Shown piece by piece: positions 1 through 10,106 of a stretch of 64,000 nucleotides of DNA. Under the pieces are notes generated by a model. It was not told the origin of the DNA, ran no database searches, and saw only the letters and a program-made list of their open reading frames with translations. The position numbers were made by a program, and so were the translations under genes. Origin of the DNA: Chakrabartia sp. (GTDB taxonomy: Bacteria; Pseudomonadota; Alphaproteobacteria; Sphingomonadales; Sphingomonadaceae); contig JBBATS010000001.1 in the NCBI GenBank assembly GCA_040398625.1, positions 47,212 through 111,211 on the forward strand, written 5' to 3'. Position 1 is the first letter of the stretch, and the number at the start of each line of letters is the position of its first letter.

Positions 1-877
1 CGACAATGCCCGTTGGCGATGTCACGTTGATTTCGGTCAGCCACTTGCCGCCGATGACGTCTATGCCGACGAACAGCAGGCCGCGCTTCTTGAGTTCGGG
101 CCCGATGGCAGCGCAGATTTCGCGTTCGCCAAGCGTTAGGTCAGTCGCTTCGGCGCGGCCACCGGCGGCAAGGTTGGACCGGATTTCACCAGCGCCTGGA
201 ATGCGGTTGATGGCGCCGGCCACTTCGCCGTCGATCAGAACGATACGTTTGTCGCCGCTTTCAACGGCGCGGATGAAGGCCTGCGCCATAAAGGGTTCGC
301 GCCAGACTTGGCCGAACAGCTCAGTAATGGCGGCCAAATTCTTGCCGTCCTTGGCAATGTGCATGACGGCAGAGCCTGCATTGCCATGCAGCGGCTTCAC
401 AACGATTTCGCCGTGCGTCTTGTGGAACTCACGCACCTCGTCGAGCGAGCGTGTCACGAGCGTCGGCGGCATGAACTGCGCGAAATCGAGCACGAAGACT
501 TTTTCAGGAGCGTTGCGCACGCTCACGGGATCATTAGCGACCAACGTCCGATGCGTGATCCGCTCCAGCAGGTGCGTGGCCGTGATGTAGCCGAGGTCAA
601 AAGGCGGGTCCTGACGCATCAGCACGGCGTCGATGTCGTCTGCGAGGTCGATTTTGACCGGCGCGCCGAAGGTGAAATGATTGCCCGCCTCGCGCTGAAC
701 CGTCACCGGGCGCGCCGTCACCCAGACACGGCCGTCGGAATAGTTCAGCTCGTCTGCGGTATAGTGATAGCTGGTATAGCCGCGGGCCTGCGCTGACAGC
801 ATCAGCGCGAAGGTCGAATCGCCGGTAATGTTGAGACCCTCCATCGGGTCCATCTGGAATGCGACCTTCAGGGTCAT
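1..877 (-). CDS. gshB: Glutathione synthetase (3' end runs off the window)
   Basis: Manual translation from ATG at 877: MTLKVAFQMDPMEGLNITGDSTFALMLSAQARG...LMRQDPPFDLGYITATHLLER, typical GshB motifs. Missing from the ORF track because it has no stop in the window. Confidence 0.95.
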   Translation of the reverse strand, partial: MTLKVAFQMDPMEGLNITGDSTFALMLSAQARGYTSYHYTADELNYSDGRVWVTARPVTVQREAGNHFTFGAPVKIDLADDIDAVLMRQDPPFDLGYITATHLLERITHRTLVANDPVSVRNAPEKVFVLDFAQFMPPTLVTRSLDEVREFHKTHGEIVVKPLHGNAGSAVMHIAKDGKNLAAITELFGQVWREPFMAQAFIRAVESGDKRIVLIDGEVAGAINRIPGAGEIRSNLAAGGRAEATDLTLGEREICAAIGPELKKRGLLFVGIDVIGGKWLTEINVTSPTGIV

Positions 878-926
878 CGCGGGTCTCCTTGTCTGGCGGG
901 CGATCTAGGCGAAGCGGGCGGCTTTG

Positions 927-1277
927 TCACCCGTGCCAGGCATTGGGAATATGGCGGGGGAGGGCGAAAGGTGCGATCAGCATCACGTCGATGCGGATGT
1001 CTTCGCCGTTCGCGGCATATCGCGGCTGGAGGGCATTGGCTGCGGCGGCCACGCGGCGCAGACGCCATGCGTCGATGGCGGTGTCCAAGTCCGCTCGCCT
1101 GCGACGAGCCTTCACCTCAATGAAGGCGACCGTGCGTCCGCGCTTGGCGATGAGATCAACCTCGCCCACCCGCAATTTCACTCGGAAGGCAAGGATGCGC
1201 CACCCGTGCAGCCGCAACCACCAAGCAGCAACCGTCTCTCCCCAGCGGCCGCGACGTTCGGCGGCCTGTCGGGTCAT
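927..1277 (-). CDS. yraN: YraN family protein (UPF0102)
   Basis: GRWGETVAAWWLRLHGWRIL, GEVDLIAKRG, VAFIEVKAR, RIDVM motifs; ATGA overlap with the rsmI stop. Confidence 0.92.
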   Translation of the reverse strand: MTRQAAERRGRWGETVAAWWLRLHGWRILAFRVKLRVGEVDLIAKRGRTVAFIEVKARRRRADLDTAIDAWRLRRVAAAANALQPRYAANGEDIRIDVMLIAPFALPRHIPNAWHG

Positions 1278-2110
1278 TTGCCGAGCAGTTCCAAAGCGCG
1301 GGCATAGAGCGCCTTGCGATCAGCCCCCAGCGTGCGGGCGACCTCTCCGGCGGCTTTGGCCGGGGATGCCGTCTTCAACGCCTCCACGAGAGCCGATTCG
1401 ATGTCATCGCCCGAAGCTGCTTCTGGTTCGCCGGGCGGGCCGACCACAATGACGATCTCCCCCTTTGGCGGAGCCCCCTCGTAGCGCGCGGCCAGCTCTA
1501 ACAACGTGCCGGTCACGCATTCCTCATAGGCTTTGGTGATTTCCCGCGCGACGCCCGCCTCACGGTCCCCCAGCACCTGTGCCAGAATGGCAAGCGTGTC
1601 CGCCAAGCGCGGGCCGGATTCATAGAATACCAATGTGGCGCGCAGGGTTTTGAATTCTGCAATCTGGTCTGCCTTCGCCTTCGCCTTGGGCGGCAGAAAT
1701 CCGGCAAAAAAGAACCGGTAAGTCGGTAACCCGGCAAGCGTTAGCGCGGCAATGACAGCAGACGGGCCGGGAATCGTTACGATATGGCGGCCGGCGGCGC
1801 GCGCATCGCGGACAAGTTTGTAACCGGCATCAGAAATGAGCGGTGTGCCTGCGTCAGAAACTAAGGCGACGGCCTCATTCGCCATACGCTCAATCAGGCC
1901 GGGGCGGACGCGGTCTGCATTATGGTCATGATATGGCTGCATCGGGCGTTTGACCCCGATATGCTGCAAAAGCTTCGCCGTGACGCGGCTGTCTTCCACC
2001 GCTATGATGTCCGCCTCGCGAAGAATCGAGGCAGCACGGGGACTTAAATCGCCGAGATTGCCGATAGGCGTGGCGACGATATAGAGACCGGGTTGAAGCG
2101 TAGAAGCCAT
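1274..2110 (-). CDS. rsmI: 16S rRNA (cytidine1402-2'-O)-methyltransferase
   Basis: LYIVATPIGNLGDLSPRA, VSDAGTPLISDAG, FYESGPRL, REITKAYEE; start reassigned to ATG 2110 (MASTLQPG). Confidence 0.95.
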   Translation of the reverse strand: MASTLQPGLYIVATPIGNLGDLSPRAASILREADIIAVEDSRVTAKLLQHIGVKRPMQPYHDHNADRVRPGLIERMANEAVALVSDAGTPLISDAGYKLVRDARAAGRHIVTIPGPSAVIAALTLAGLPTYRFFFAGFLPPKAKAKADQIAEFKTLRATLVFYESGPRLADTLAILAQVLGDREAGVAREITKAYEECVTGTLLELAARYEGAPPKGEIVIVVGPPGEPEAASGDDIESALVEALKTASPAKAAGEVARTLGADRKALYARALELLGK

Positions 2111-2122
2111 AGGGAGTGCGTC

Positions 2123-3307
2123 ATGGCAGAGGACATGGGTGAGGGGCAAGCGACAGACCTCAAACGGCGGAGAATCATGCGCTGGGGTCTTGTTGGTACA
2201 GCATTGTTTATGGCCGGGTGCCAAGTCGTGCCCAAGGCGCCGCCAAAGCCTGTTGAAGCGCCTCCCGAAGAGGGCCCGGCGACTGGGCTTCCCACAGATG
2301 CCACACGCCACCGTATTGCGCTGCTTGTGCCGCTGACCGGCTCGAACGCGGGCATTGGGCAGTCCATTGCCAACGCGGCGAACATGGCCGTGCTCGATAC
2401 CGGCGGTGAGCGGATCCGGATGACGGTTTATGATACTGCAGGCGGTGCTGCTGCCGCGGCAGACAAGGCCATCGCAGAGGGCAATAAGCTGATCCTCGGG
2501 CCGTTGCTGGCCGAAGATGTGCGCGCAGCCGCCGAAGTCGGCCGCCGCAACCGTGTGCCGCTCATCGGCTTTTCAAATGACGTGTCGGTTGCAGGCAACG
2601 GCACCTATCTGCTCGGATTTACGCCCGCCCAGTCGGTATCCCGCGTGGTCGGCTATGCCCGGTCCAAGGGAATGGTGAAGTTTGCCGGGCTCGTGCCCGC
2701 CGGTGTCTATGGGCAGCGGGCGCAGACCGCATTGGCCCGTTCAGTCGAGGAAGCCGGTGGCGCGCTGGTTTCGGTGCAAAGCTATGACCGGAACGCCGGG
2801 GCCATCATGGGGGCTATTTCTCGCATCAACAAAGCCGGGGCGGCAGACGCCATCCTGATCGCCGATTCCAGCCGGACGGCGGTGCAGGCGATCCCGATCA
2901 TCCGCCGCGGGCCTAGCGCCTCTGCCAAGATCTTGGGGACAGAACTCTGGAACACCGAATCCAGCCTATCGTCGCCAGCCTTGAGTGGCGCCTGGTTTGC
3001 CAGCGTTTCGGACGGCGTCTACACCCAGATGGCAGCAAAATACCGGACGCGCTTTGGCCTCGCGCCCTATCGCCTCTCGAGCCTTGGCTATGATGCGGTT
3101 CTGCTGGCGACCAAGGTTGCGACCAATTGGAAGCTTGGAACCCCGTTCCCGTTGCGGGCATTGGACGATACCGGTGGCTTTGCCGGGATTGATGGCGCCT
3201 TCCGTTTCAATGCCTATGGCGTTGCAGAACGCGCGCTAGAGGTGCAGCAGATAGGCCCAAGCGGGACAACGGTTGTGGCCCCTGCGCCCAAGGGCTTTGT
3301 GGACTAA
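2123..3307 (+). CDS. Penicillin-binding protein activator LpoA-like lipoprotein (periplasmic binding protein type 1 fold)
   Basis: Lipobox FMAGC, RIALLVPLTG, ILGPLLAEDV, LGYDAV, GFAGIDGAFRF; divergent from rsmI, a conserved arrangement. Start chosen at 2123. Confidence 0.8.
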   Translation: MAEDMGEGQATDLKRRRIMRWGLVGTALFMAGCQVVPKAPPKPVEAPPEEGPATGLPTDATRHRIALLVPLTGSNAGIGQSIANAANMAVLDTGGERIRMTVYDTAGGAAAAADKAIAEGNKLILGPLLAEDVRAAAEVGRRNRVPLIGFSNDVSVAGNGTYLLGFTPAQSVSRVVGYARSKGMVKFAGLVPAGVYGQRAQTALARSVEEAGGALVSVQSYDRNAGAIMGAISRINKAGAADAILIADSSRTAVQAIPIIRRGPSASAKILGTELWNTESSLSSPALSGAWFASVSDGVYTQMAAKYRTRFGLAPYRLSSLGYDAVLLATKVATNWKLGTPFPLRALDDTGGFAGIDGAFRFNAYGVAERALEVQQIGPSGTTVVAPAPKGFVD

Positions 3308-4452
3308 ATCGCGACGACGTCCGCCAATATCCGATCAAGCAGAAGCATCCCGGCCGGTAGGACGGTGATGCGGCTGCCGGATTGGACTAGGAGCCCATAG
3401 CCAGCCAGTCGCGCTGCCGCGTCGGTATCAATCAGGGCATCCATGTTCACTCCCGTCCGGCGCGCAATGTCGGCAAGGTCAATGCCTTCGCGCAGACGCA
3501 GGCCCATCAGCAAGGCCTCCTGCGCCTGCTCTGCGGGAGACAGGGCGTCCTCCTGCTGTGCGCCGTGGCTGTTGCGGGCGACGGCGTTCAGGAAATTCTC
3601 CGGCTTCTTATGGCGGGCCGTCGCCATGCCGCCACGTCTGCCATGCGCGCCGGGGCCGATGCCTGCATAGCTGCCATAGCGCCAATAGGTCAGGTTATGG
3701 CGGCTCTCCTGACCCGGGCGCGCATGGTTGGAAATCTCATAGCGCGGCAGACCAGCCTCGGTCGTCAGGGCGTCGGTCAGTTCGTAAAACTCCGCTGCCT
3801 CATCCGGGTCCTTGGGGGTCAACGCGCCTGTGCGCACCAGCGTTTCAAAGCGCGTGCCGGGTTCGATGGTCAATTGGTAGAGGGAGAGGTGCCCCGTCCC
3901 GAAGGACAAGGCCCGTCTCAGCTCTGCTTCCCATCCACTGAGCGTCTGCGCGGGCAGGGCGTAAATGAGATCAAACGACACGCGGGAAAAGGCTTTTTGT
4001 GCCACCTCGAGTGCGGCGAGCCCTTCCTCCACATCATGGGCCCGACCCAAAAGCTTCAGCACATCATTGTCGAGCGACTGCAGGCCGAGCGAGACGCGGT
4101 TGACGCCCGCTGCCGCAAGATCAGCAAAGCGGTCCGCCTCGACCGAGGAGGGGTTCGCCTCCAGCGTGATCTCAATGTCTGGTGCAAAGCCCCAATGCCG
4201 CTCTGCCGCCGAGATCAGCGCGGCGACTGTTGCAGGTGGCATCAGCGAAGGCGTGCCGCCGCCAAAGAAGATGGAGGTCAGCGGTCGTCCGCCGATCTGG
4301 CTAGCCTCATAAGCCATGTCGGCCAGAAGCGCGTCTAACCAGACTGCCTGATCCGTAGTTTCACGGACGTGGCTGTTAAAGTCACAGTAGGGACATTTCG
4401 ATACACAGAAAGGCCAGTGGATATAGAGGGCAAGGGAATCGGCCAAATGCAT
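3304..4452 (-). CDS. hemW: Radical SAM heme chaperone HemW
   Basis: LYIHWPFCVSKCPYCDFNSH (CxxxCxxC with HemW-type HxPFC), FFGGGTPS, EANP, YEISNHA, HNLTYW. Confidence 0.95.
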   Translation of the reverse strand: MHLADSLALYIHWPFCVSKCPYCDFNSHVRETTDQAVWLDALLADMAYEASQIGGRPLTSIFFGGGTPSLMPPATVAALISAAERHWGFAPDIEITLEANPSSVEADRFADLAAAGVNRVSLGLQSLDNDVLKLLGRAHDVEEGLAALEVAQKAFSRVSFDLIYALPAQTLSGWEAELRRALSFGTGHLSLYQLTIEPGTRFETLVRTGALTPKDPDEAAEFYELTDALTTEAGLPRYEISNHARPGQESRHNLTYWRYGSYAGIGPGAHGRRGGMATARHKKPENFLNAVARNSHGAQQEDALSPAEQAQEALLMGLRLREGIDLADIARRTGVNMDALIDTDAAARLAGYGLLVQSGSRITVLPAGMLLLDRILADVVAI

Positions 4453-5001
4453 GGACGGCGCTTAGCATTGATGGCGGCAAGTGTAAGCTTTCTGGCCACG
4501 ATCTTTGGATCGCCCGCAATGGCGCGGCCATCTGGCGATTTCGAAACAGAGGTATTGGCGGCGCATAATGAAGAGCGGGCAACCAAGGGCGTCCCGCCGC
4601 TCGTCTGGAATGACGCGCTTGCCCGCGATGCGGCTGGATGGGCGGGGACACTCAAAGGAAGCGCAACGCTGCGCCATGCCGGGGTTCAGGGGCAGGGCGA
4701 GAACCTTTGGATGGGCACGCGGGACTATTTTGCGCACGCAACGATGGTGGGTGATTGGATCGAGGAAAAGGCAGATTATCGCCCCGGCCGGTTCCCCGAT
4801 ATCTCGCGCACGGGCAAATGGTCCGATGTCGGCCACTATACCCAGATCATCTGGCGCAACACGCGTGAGGTCGGCTGCGCCGTCGCGACGGATGCCGAGT
4901 TCGATTATCTCGTCTGTCGTTATTTTCCGGCGGGCAATTGGATGGGGGAAGACCCGCTTGGCAGTCATGCGCCGCGTGTTGCGGGCTGGCTCGGCGAGTA
5001 A
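4447..5001 (+). CDS. Secreted CAP (SCP/PR-1-like) domain protein
   Basis: LAAHNEER, LVWNDALA, QGENLW, GHYTQIIW, VGCA, LVCRYFPAGN; signal-peptide-like N-terminus. Start is 4447 or 4471. Confidence 0.88.
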   Translation: MHGRRLALMAASVSFLATIFGSPAMARPSGDFETEVLAAHNEERATKGVPPLVWNDALARDAAGWAGTLKGSATLRHAGVQGQGENLWMGTRDYFAHATMVGDWIEEKADYRPGRFPDISRTGKWSDVGHYTQIIWRNTREVGCAVATDAEFDYLVCRYFPAGNWMGEDPLGSHAPRVAGWLGE

Positions 5002-5008
5002 TCCATTT

Positions 5009-5064
5009 CCGTTTGCGTCGAGCGAAGTCGAGACACGTCCCTCGACTTCACTCGGGACGAACGG
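5009..5064. repeat. REP-like palindromic element, family A (TCGAGCGAAGTCGAG...CTCGACTTC-CTCG)
   Basis: CCGTTTGCGTCGAGCGAAGTCGAGACACGTCCCTCGACTTCACTCGGGACGAACGG folds on itself; an inverted copy lies at 51951-52023. Sits between convergent CAP and rdgB. Confidence 0.85.
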
Positions 5065-5069
5065 TTCGA

Positions 5070-5690
5070 TTAGAAAAGCGCCGCCACGAGTTTCTTGAAC
5101 GCATCCGCCCGGTGGCTGATCGAGTGTTTGGCCACAGGGTCGATTTCGGCAAAGGTTTGGTCGGCGCCGGACGCCACAAAGACTGGATCATAGCCGAAGC
5201 CCAGCGCGCCGCGCGGAGGCCAGGTCAGGCTGCCTTCGACACGACCTTCAAAGACTTCACTGTGTCCGTCCGGCCATGCCACGGCGAGTGTGCAGACGAA
5301 CGCCGCAGAGCGATCCACCGAGGGACCCTGTTCGGCGAGCAGGCCTTCGACCTTGCCCATCGCCATATACCAGTCGCGCCCGGGTTGGCCCTCAAACCAT
5401 TGCCGTTCCGCCCAGTCGGCGGTGTAGACGCCGGGGCGACCACCCAGGGCGCGCACTTCCAGCCCGCTGTCGTCGGACAATGCAGGCAGGCCGGACAGCG
5501 CGGAGGCACGGGCCTTGAGCAGGGCGTTCTCGGCAAAAGTTGTGCCGGTCTCTTCCGGCTCGGGTAGGCCGAGTTCAACTGCCGACACGGGCTCGATCCC
5601 GAACGGGGCAAGGAGATCGCGGATTTCGCGGACCTTGCCCTGATTGTGGCTGGCGATCACCAGCCGTCCGGGTTCGAGCTTGCGGGCCAT
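5070..5690 (-). CDS. rdgB: dITP/XTP pyrophosphatase (Ham1 family)
   Basis: [51 protein letters not shown]; start at ATG 5690. Confidence 0.95.
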   Translation of the reverse strand: MARKLEPGRLVIASHNQGKVREIRDLLAPFGIEPVSAVELGLPEPEETGTTFAENALLKARASALSGLPALSDDSGLEVRALGGRPGVYTADWAERQWFEGQPGRDWYMAMGKVEGLLAEQGPSVDRSAAFVCTLAVAWPDGHSEVFEGRVEGSLTWPPRGALGFGYDPVFVASGADQTFAEIDPVAKHSISHRADAFKKLVAALF

Positions 5691-5692
5691 GT

Positions 5693-6409
5693 TTAGCGAC
5701 CTGTTGCCTTCAACTGCGCTTCGAAAACCTTCGTGCAACCGATGCGGGCGAGGCGGAGCAGACGGAGCAGCGCTTCCTCGTCATAGGTTTCGCCTTCCGC
5801 CGTGGCCTGTGCCTCAGCAATGTTGCCGTTCGACAGCAGCACGAAGTTCGCGTCGGCACCTGCATTCGAATCTTCGATGTAATCGAGGTCGAGCACGGGT
5901 GTACCGTTATAAATGCCGCAGCTGATCGCAGCGACCTGCTGTTCGATCGGGTCGGTCTGAAGGAGACCATCCGCCATCAGCTTGTCGACCGCGAGACGCA
6001 GGGCGACCCATGCGCCCGAGATGGACGCGGTGCGCGTGCCACCATCGGCCTGAATGACGTCGCAATCGAGCGTGATCTGGCGTTCGCCCAGTGCCTTCAT
6101 GTTGACGACGGCGCGCAGCGACCGACCGATGAGGCGCTGAATTTCCTGCGTGCGGCCAGACTGCTTGCCCTTGGCGGCTTCACGGCTGCTGCGCGTGTGC
6201 GTCGCGCGGGGCAGCATGCCATATTCCGCTGTTACCCAGCCTTCACCCTTGCCGCGCAAGAAGGGGGGAACCCGTTCTTCGATGCTGGCGGTGACGAGAA
6301 CGCGCGTTTCGCCAAAGCTGACGAGCACGGAGCCTTCGGCATGCTTGGTGAAATGGGGTTCAATGGTGATTTCACGCATCTGATCTGGGGCGCGGCCTGA
6401 TGGGCGCAT
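5693..6409 (-). CDS. rph: Ribonuclease PH
   Basis: [53 protein letters not shown]; start at ATG 6409. Confidence 0.97.
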   Translation of the reverse strand: MRPSGRAPDQMREITIEPHFTKHAEGSVLVSFGETRVLVTASIEERVPPFLRGKGEGWVTAEYGMLPRATHTRSSREAAKGKQSGRTQEIQRLIGRSLRAVVNMKALGERQITLDCDVIQADGGTRTASISGAWVALRLAVDKLMADGLLQTDPIEQQVAAISCGIYNGTPVLDLDYIEDSNAGADANFVLLSNGNIAEAQATAEGETYDEEALLRLLRLARIGCTKVFEAQLKATGR

Positions 6410-6488
6410 AAGGGCTTGTCCTTTTCTACGGTTTCGGCGCATCTAACGGGAGGGGCGGCATCCGACCAGCCCCGATGGGAGGAAAGCC

Positions 6489-6686
6489 ATGAAAATCGTC
6501 AAAGGTCTCGTCTTGGGGCTGTCAGTCCTCATGATTCTGATGGGCGGTCTCTGGATCGGGCAGGGGCTGAACATCATCCGCTGGCCGGCTGAAAGCTTCA
6601 TGATCGGCGTGCCGCAGTGGAGCTGGAATGGCACCGGACTCGCTTTGGTTGGCCTGCTCCTCTTCTGGTGGGCGCGACGTCCCTAA
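6489..6686 (+). CDS. Small two-TM membrane protein, unknown function
   Basis: 65 aa, two hydrophobic segments around WIGQGLNIIRWPAESFM; strong RBS GGAGGAAA. Confidence 0.7.
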   Translation: MKIVKGLVLGLSVLMILMGGLWIGQGLNIIRWPAESFMIGVPQWSWNGTGLALVGLLLFWWARRP

Positions 6687-6704
6687 AGGCCATGCGCATG
6701 CAGA

Positions 6705-6734
6705 CTTGCACTTAGGGGGCGATGGTCCCTAAGT
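6705..6734 (+). promoter_or_regulatory. Putative RpoH (sigma32)-type promoter of hrcA overlapped by a perfect 8-9-8 inverted repeat
   Basis: CTTG...CCCTAAGT resembles alphaproteobacterial CTTG-N17/18-CYTATNT; ACTTAGGG-N9-CCCTAAGT at 6710-6734. Confidence 0.5.
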
Positions 6735-6741
6735 CAGGTCT

Positions 6742-7779
6742 ATGTCCACCGTCCATGAATTGACTGATCGCGCGCGTGACGTGTTTCGCGTGGTCGTCGA
6801 ATCCTATCTGGGGTCCGGCGCCCCTGTCGGCTCACGGACGATTTCCAAACTTGGGCAAATGAGCCTGTCGCCCGCCTCCATCCGCAATGTGATGCAGGAT
6901 CTGGAAGAACTGGGCCTGCTCGCCGCGCCGCACACATCGGCCGGCCGGATGCCGACGGAACTCGGCCTGCGGCTGTTTGTTGATGGCATGATGCAAGCGG
7001 CCGAACCCACTGCGGACGAACGGGCCGTCATAGAAGCACGCGTTGGCCAAAGTGGGCCGATTGAGGACGCTTTGGCCGCGGCGACCTCGACGTTATCGGG
7101 CCTTTCCCAATGTGCAGGTATCGTTCTTGTCCCGGCGCGGGAACCGCGCTTGCGGCAATTCGCGTTCGTGCCGCTAGGCCCTACGCAGGCGCTGGCCGTG
7201 CTGGTGGGGGAAGACGGATCGGTTGAAAACCGCGTCGTAGACCTTCCACCGGGCCTTCCGGTTTCAGCTCTTGTTGAGGCGGGCAATTTCATCACCGCTC
7301 ACCTTGCGGGCCGGACATTAGCTGAGGCTTCGGCGGTGCTGGCGACACAGATTGCGCGGGAACGGGCGATGCTCGACATCGCATCGCAGGATCTGGTGCA
7401 GCGGGGCATTGCCGTCTTGAGCGAAGATAGCGCGCACCGCCCAGTGTTGATTGTTCGGGGCGCCGCTCACCTGATTGATGATACCGCTGTGGCCGATCTG
7501 GACCGTGTTCGTAACCTGCTTGATGAGATTGAGGGCAAGGAAGACATTGCCCGCTTGCTCGACGGCGCCCGCGAAGGCGCTTCGACCAAGGTTTTCATCG
7601 GGTCGGAGAACAAGCTGTTTGCGCTTTCAGGGTCATCGGTGATAGCGGCCCCTTACCACGGACGCGACGGGCGTGTGGTCGGCGTGGTCGGGGTGATCGG
7701 CCCCACGCGCTTGAATTACGCCCGTGTCGTCCCCATGGTTGATTTTACAGCACAAACCCTCACGAGATTGATGACGTAA
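6742..7779 (+). CDS. hrcA: Heat-inducible transcription repressor HrcA
   Basis: VESYLGSGAPVGSRT, SPASIRNVMQDLE, PHTSAGRMPT, IGSEN, VGVIGPTRLNY. Confidence 0.97.
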   Translation: MSTVHELTDRARDVFRVVVESYLGSGAPVGSRTISKLGQMSLSPASIRNVMQDLEELGLLAAPHTSAGRMPTELGLRLFVDGMMQAAEPTADERAVIEARVGQSGPIEDALAAATSTLSGLSQCAGIVLVPAREPRLRQFAFVPLGPTQALAVLVGEDGSVENRVVDLPPGLPVSALVEAGNFITAHLAGRTLAEASAVLATQIARERAMLDIASQDLVQRGIAVLSEDSAHRPVLIVRGAAHLIDDTAVADLDRVRNLLDEIEGKEDIARLLDGAREGASTKVFIGSENKLFALSGSSVIAAPYHGRDGRVVGVVGVIGPTRLNYARVVPMVDFTAQTLTRLMT

Positions 7780-8312
7780 TGAGCGACGAAGAGTTGAAGA
7801 ACGACGCACACCCTGAAGATGCCGGTGCCGAAGCCGAAGCCGCTTCCGACCCGCTTGGCGCTTTGCTTGGCGAACTGGAAGAGGCGCGCCAGCAGATCCT
7901 TTATGCGCAGGCTGAAACACAGAATGTGCGCCGCCGTCTGGAAAAGGACGCGCAGGATGCCCGTGCCTATGCCGCCACCAATTTCGCGCGTGACGTTCTG
8001 TCGGTTGCCGACAATTTGTCCCGCGCGCTCGATGCCATGCCGGCTGCCATGCGTGAGGATGAAGGCTCCAAAAGCCTGATCATCGGTCTGGAAGCGACGC
8101 AGCGCGAATTGATGTCGGTGTTTGAACGCAATGGCATCACCCGCATCGCGGCCATGGGTCTCCCGCTTGATCCCAACCAGCATCAGGCGATGGTTGAGCT
8201 TCCCAGTGATGTGGAGCCGGGCACCATCGTGCAGGAAATGCAGGCCGGTTACATGATCAAGGACCGCTTGCTGCGTCCTGCGCTGGTCGCTGTGGCGAAG
8301 AAGCCGGAGTAG
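7779..8312 (+). CDS. grpE: Nucleotide exchange factor GrpE
   Basis: AETQNVRRR, DVLSVADNLSRAL, LDPNQHQAM, GYMIKDRLLRPALVAVAK; TAATG coupling to hrcA. Confidence 0.97.
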   Translation: MSDEELKNDAHPEDAGAEAEAASDPLGALLGELEEARQQILYAQAETQNVRRRLEKDAQDARAYAATNFARDVLSVADNLSRALDAMPAAMREDEGSKSLIIGLEATQRELMSVFERNGITRIAAMGLPLDPNQHQAMVELPSDVEPGTIVQEMQAGYMIKDRLLRPALVAVAKKPE

Positions 8313-8323
8313 CTCAAAGAGTT

Positions 8324-8451
8324 CCTCCCCAATGACTTGCATTGGGGAGGGGGACCATCCGTAGGATGGTGGAGGGGCCAATAAGCTCGAAATTGCCCCT
8401 CCGTCAGTCGCTCACGCGACTGCCACCTCCCCATCGCAAGTCGATGGGGAG
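8324..8451. repeat. Composite of two inverted REP-like palindromic units, family B (CTCCCC hairpin type)
   Basis: Unit 1 at 8324-8377 (CCTCCCCAATG-CATTGGGGAGG and ACCATCC-GGATGGT hairpins); unit 2 at 8396-8451 in opposite orientation. Lies between convergent grpE and MaoC genes. Confidence 0.8.
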
Positions 8452-8457
8452 ATTAAG

Positions 8458-8910
8458 TTAGGCCTCCACCGGCCGCCGTGCCACGAGGCCAATCGACAGC
8501 AGCCTCATCACTGGCTCATCATGTTGGTTGAACACGGTCACCTTGGCCTTCGTGCTGCCCATTTCGGGGCGGGATCGCGACGGGGTGACTTCGGTGAGTT
8601 CGGACTCAACGCGCAGCGTGTCGCCGGGATAGACAGGCTTTAGCCAGCGCAGCTCGTCCAGTCCGGGTGAACCAAGCCCTGCCTGCTTATTCTTCTTTAG
8701 ATTCTCGACCAGCATCGCCATCGTCATCGCGCAAGTGTGCCAGCCAGAGGCGGAGATGCGCCCGAAATGCGTCTTCGCGGCGGCTTCATCGTCGAGATGG
8801 AAGGGCTGCGGATCATATTTGCCCGCAAATTCCAGCACCTCTTCGCGTGTGACCTCATACCGGCCAAAGCTCGCTTTGGTGCCGACCTTCATGTCTTCGA
8901 GATATTGCAC
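8458..8910 (-). CDS. MaoC family dehydratase
   Basis: YDPQPFHLD, ASGWHT, LRWLKPVYPGDTL hot-dog motifs; GTG start. Confidence 0.9.
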   Translation of the reverse strand: MQYLEDMKVGTKASFGRYEVTREEVLEFAGKYDPQPFHLDDEAAAKTHFGRISASGWHTCAMTMAMLVENLKKNKQAGLGSPGLDELRWLKPVYPGDTLRVESELTEVTPSRSRPEMGSTKAKVTVFNQHDEPVMRLLSIGLVARRPVEA

Positions 8911-9000
8911 GCATCGTCTCCCTTTTGCTCCGTCTTACGTTAACGGAAAGCGAGAGGGGAAGAGGTTTTCTTCAGGCAGGCCTGATTATGGGCAGGCGGC

Positions 9001-10101
9001 TTAGACGTTGAACCGGAAGAGCATGATGTCGCCATCCTTGACGAGATAGTCCTTGCCTTCGGAACGCCACTTGCCCGCTTCCTTGGCACCAGCCTCCCCA
9101 TTGTGGTCGACATAGTCCTGATAAGCCATGGTTTCCGCGCGGATGAATCCCTTTTCAAAATCGGTGTGGATGGCACCTGCGGCATTTGGCGCAGTGGCGC
9201 CCTTGAAAACGGTCCAGGCGCGCGCTTCCTTGGGGCCGACCGTGAAGAAGGTGATGAGGTGCAGCAATTCATATCCTGCACGAATGACGCGGGCGAGCCC
9301 GGTTTCCGTCAGGCCAAGGTCGGAGAGGAATTCTGCGCGATCCTCAACGGGCATCGTGACAATATCGGCTTCGATGGCCGCGGAGACAACCACAGCTTCG
9401 GCACCTTCGGCCTTGGCTTTTTCGAAGACCTTGGCGGACAGGTCATTGCCGGTGGCGGCTGATCCTTCATCCACGTTGCAGACATAGAGGACAGGCTTGG
9501 ATGTCAGAAGCTGTGCCTGTTGGAACGCCTTTTCCTCTTCCGCATCGTTGCGGACCGTCAAACGCGCCGGTTTGCCTTCGCGCAGCAGATCGAGCGCCTT
9601 GCCGAGCACGACGGCAGCGACCTTCGATTCCTTGTCGCCTTGAGCGGCTTTCTTTTGCAGGTTGGGCACCCGCTTTTCGAGGCTTTCAAGGTCGGCGAGC
9701 ATCAGCTCGGTCTCAACGGTATCGGCGTCTGAGATCGGGTCGATCTTGTTGTCGACATGCTGAATATCGTCATCGACAAAGCAGCGCAGCACATGGACGA
9801 CGGCATCGACTTCGCGGATGTTGGCGAGGAACTGGTTGCCCAGACCTTCGCCCTTGGATGCGCCGCGCACGAGGCCGGCGATGTCGACGAAGCTCAACTG
9901 GGTTTCGATGATCTTCTGGCTGCCACCAATTTTGGCAATCGCCTGCAAGCGCGGGTCCGGCACGGCGACGTTCCCGACGTTTGGCTCAATCGTGCAGAAC
10001 GGATAATTGGCAGCCTGTGCCGCCTGCGTTTCCGTCAGTGCGTTGAACAGGGTGGACTTCCCAACATTGGGCAGGCCGACGATACCGCATTTGAAACCCA
10101 T
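9001..10101 (-). CDS. ychF: Redox-regulated ATPase YchF
   Basis: [61 protein letters not shown]. Confidence 0.98.
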   Translation of the reverse strand: MGFKCGIVGLPNVGKSTLFNALTETQAAQAANYPFCTIEPNVGNVAVPDPRLQAIAKIGGSQKIIETQLSFVDIAGLVRGASKGEGLGNQFLANIREVDAVVHVLRCFVDDDIQHVDNKIDPISDADTVETELMLADLESLEKRVPNLQKKAAQGDKESKVAAVVLGKALDLLREGKPARLTVRNDAEEEKAFQQAQLLTSKPVLYVCNVDEGSAATGNDLSAKVFEKAKAEGAEAVVVSAAIEADIVTMPVEDRAEFLSDLGLTETGLARVIRAGYELLHLITFFTVGPKEARAWTVFKGATAPNAAGAIHTDFEKGFIRAETMAYQDYVDHNGEAGAKEAGKWRSEGKDYLVKDGDIMLFRFNV

Positions 10102-10106
10102 TTCAG

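Noticed and set aside
6710-6734. Canonical CIRCE upstream of hrcA
   Set aside because: The arms do not match TTAGCACTC/GAGTGCTAA; kept only as an unassigned inverted repeat.
8324-8451. Clustered palindromes as a possible CRISPR or integron attC array
   Set aside because: Units are inverted or isolated, not regularly spaced direct repeats; no cas or intI gene in the window.
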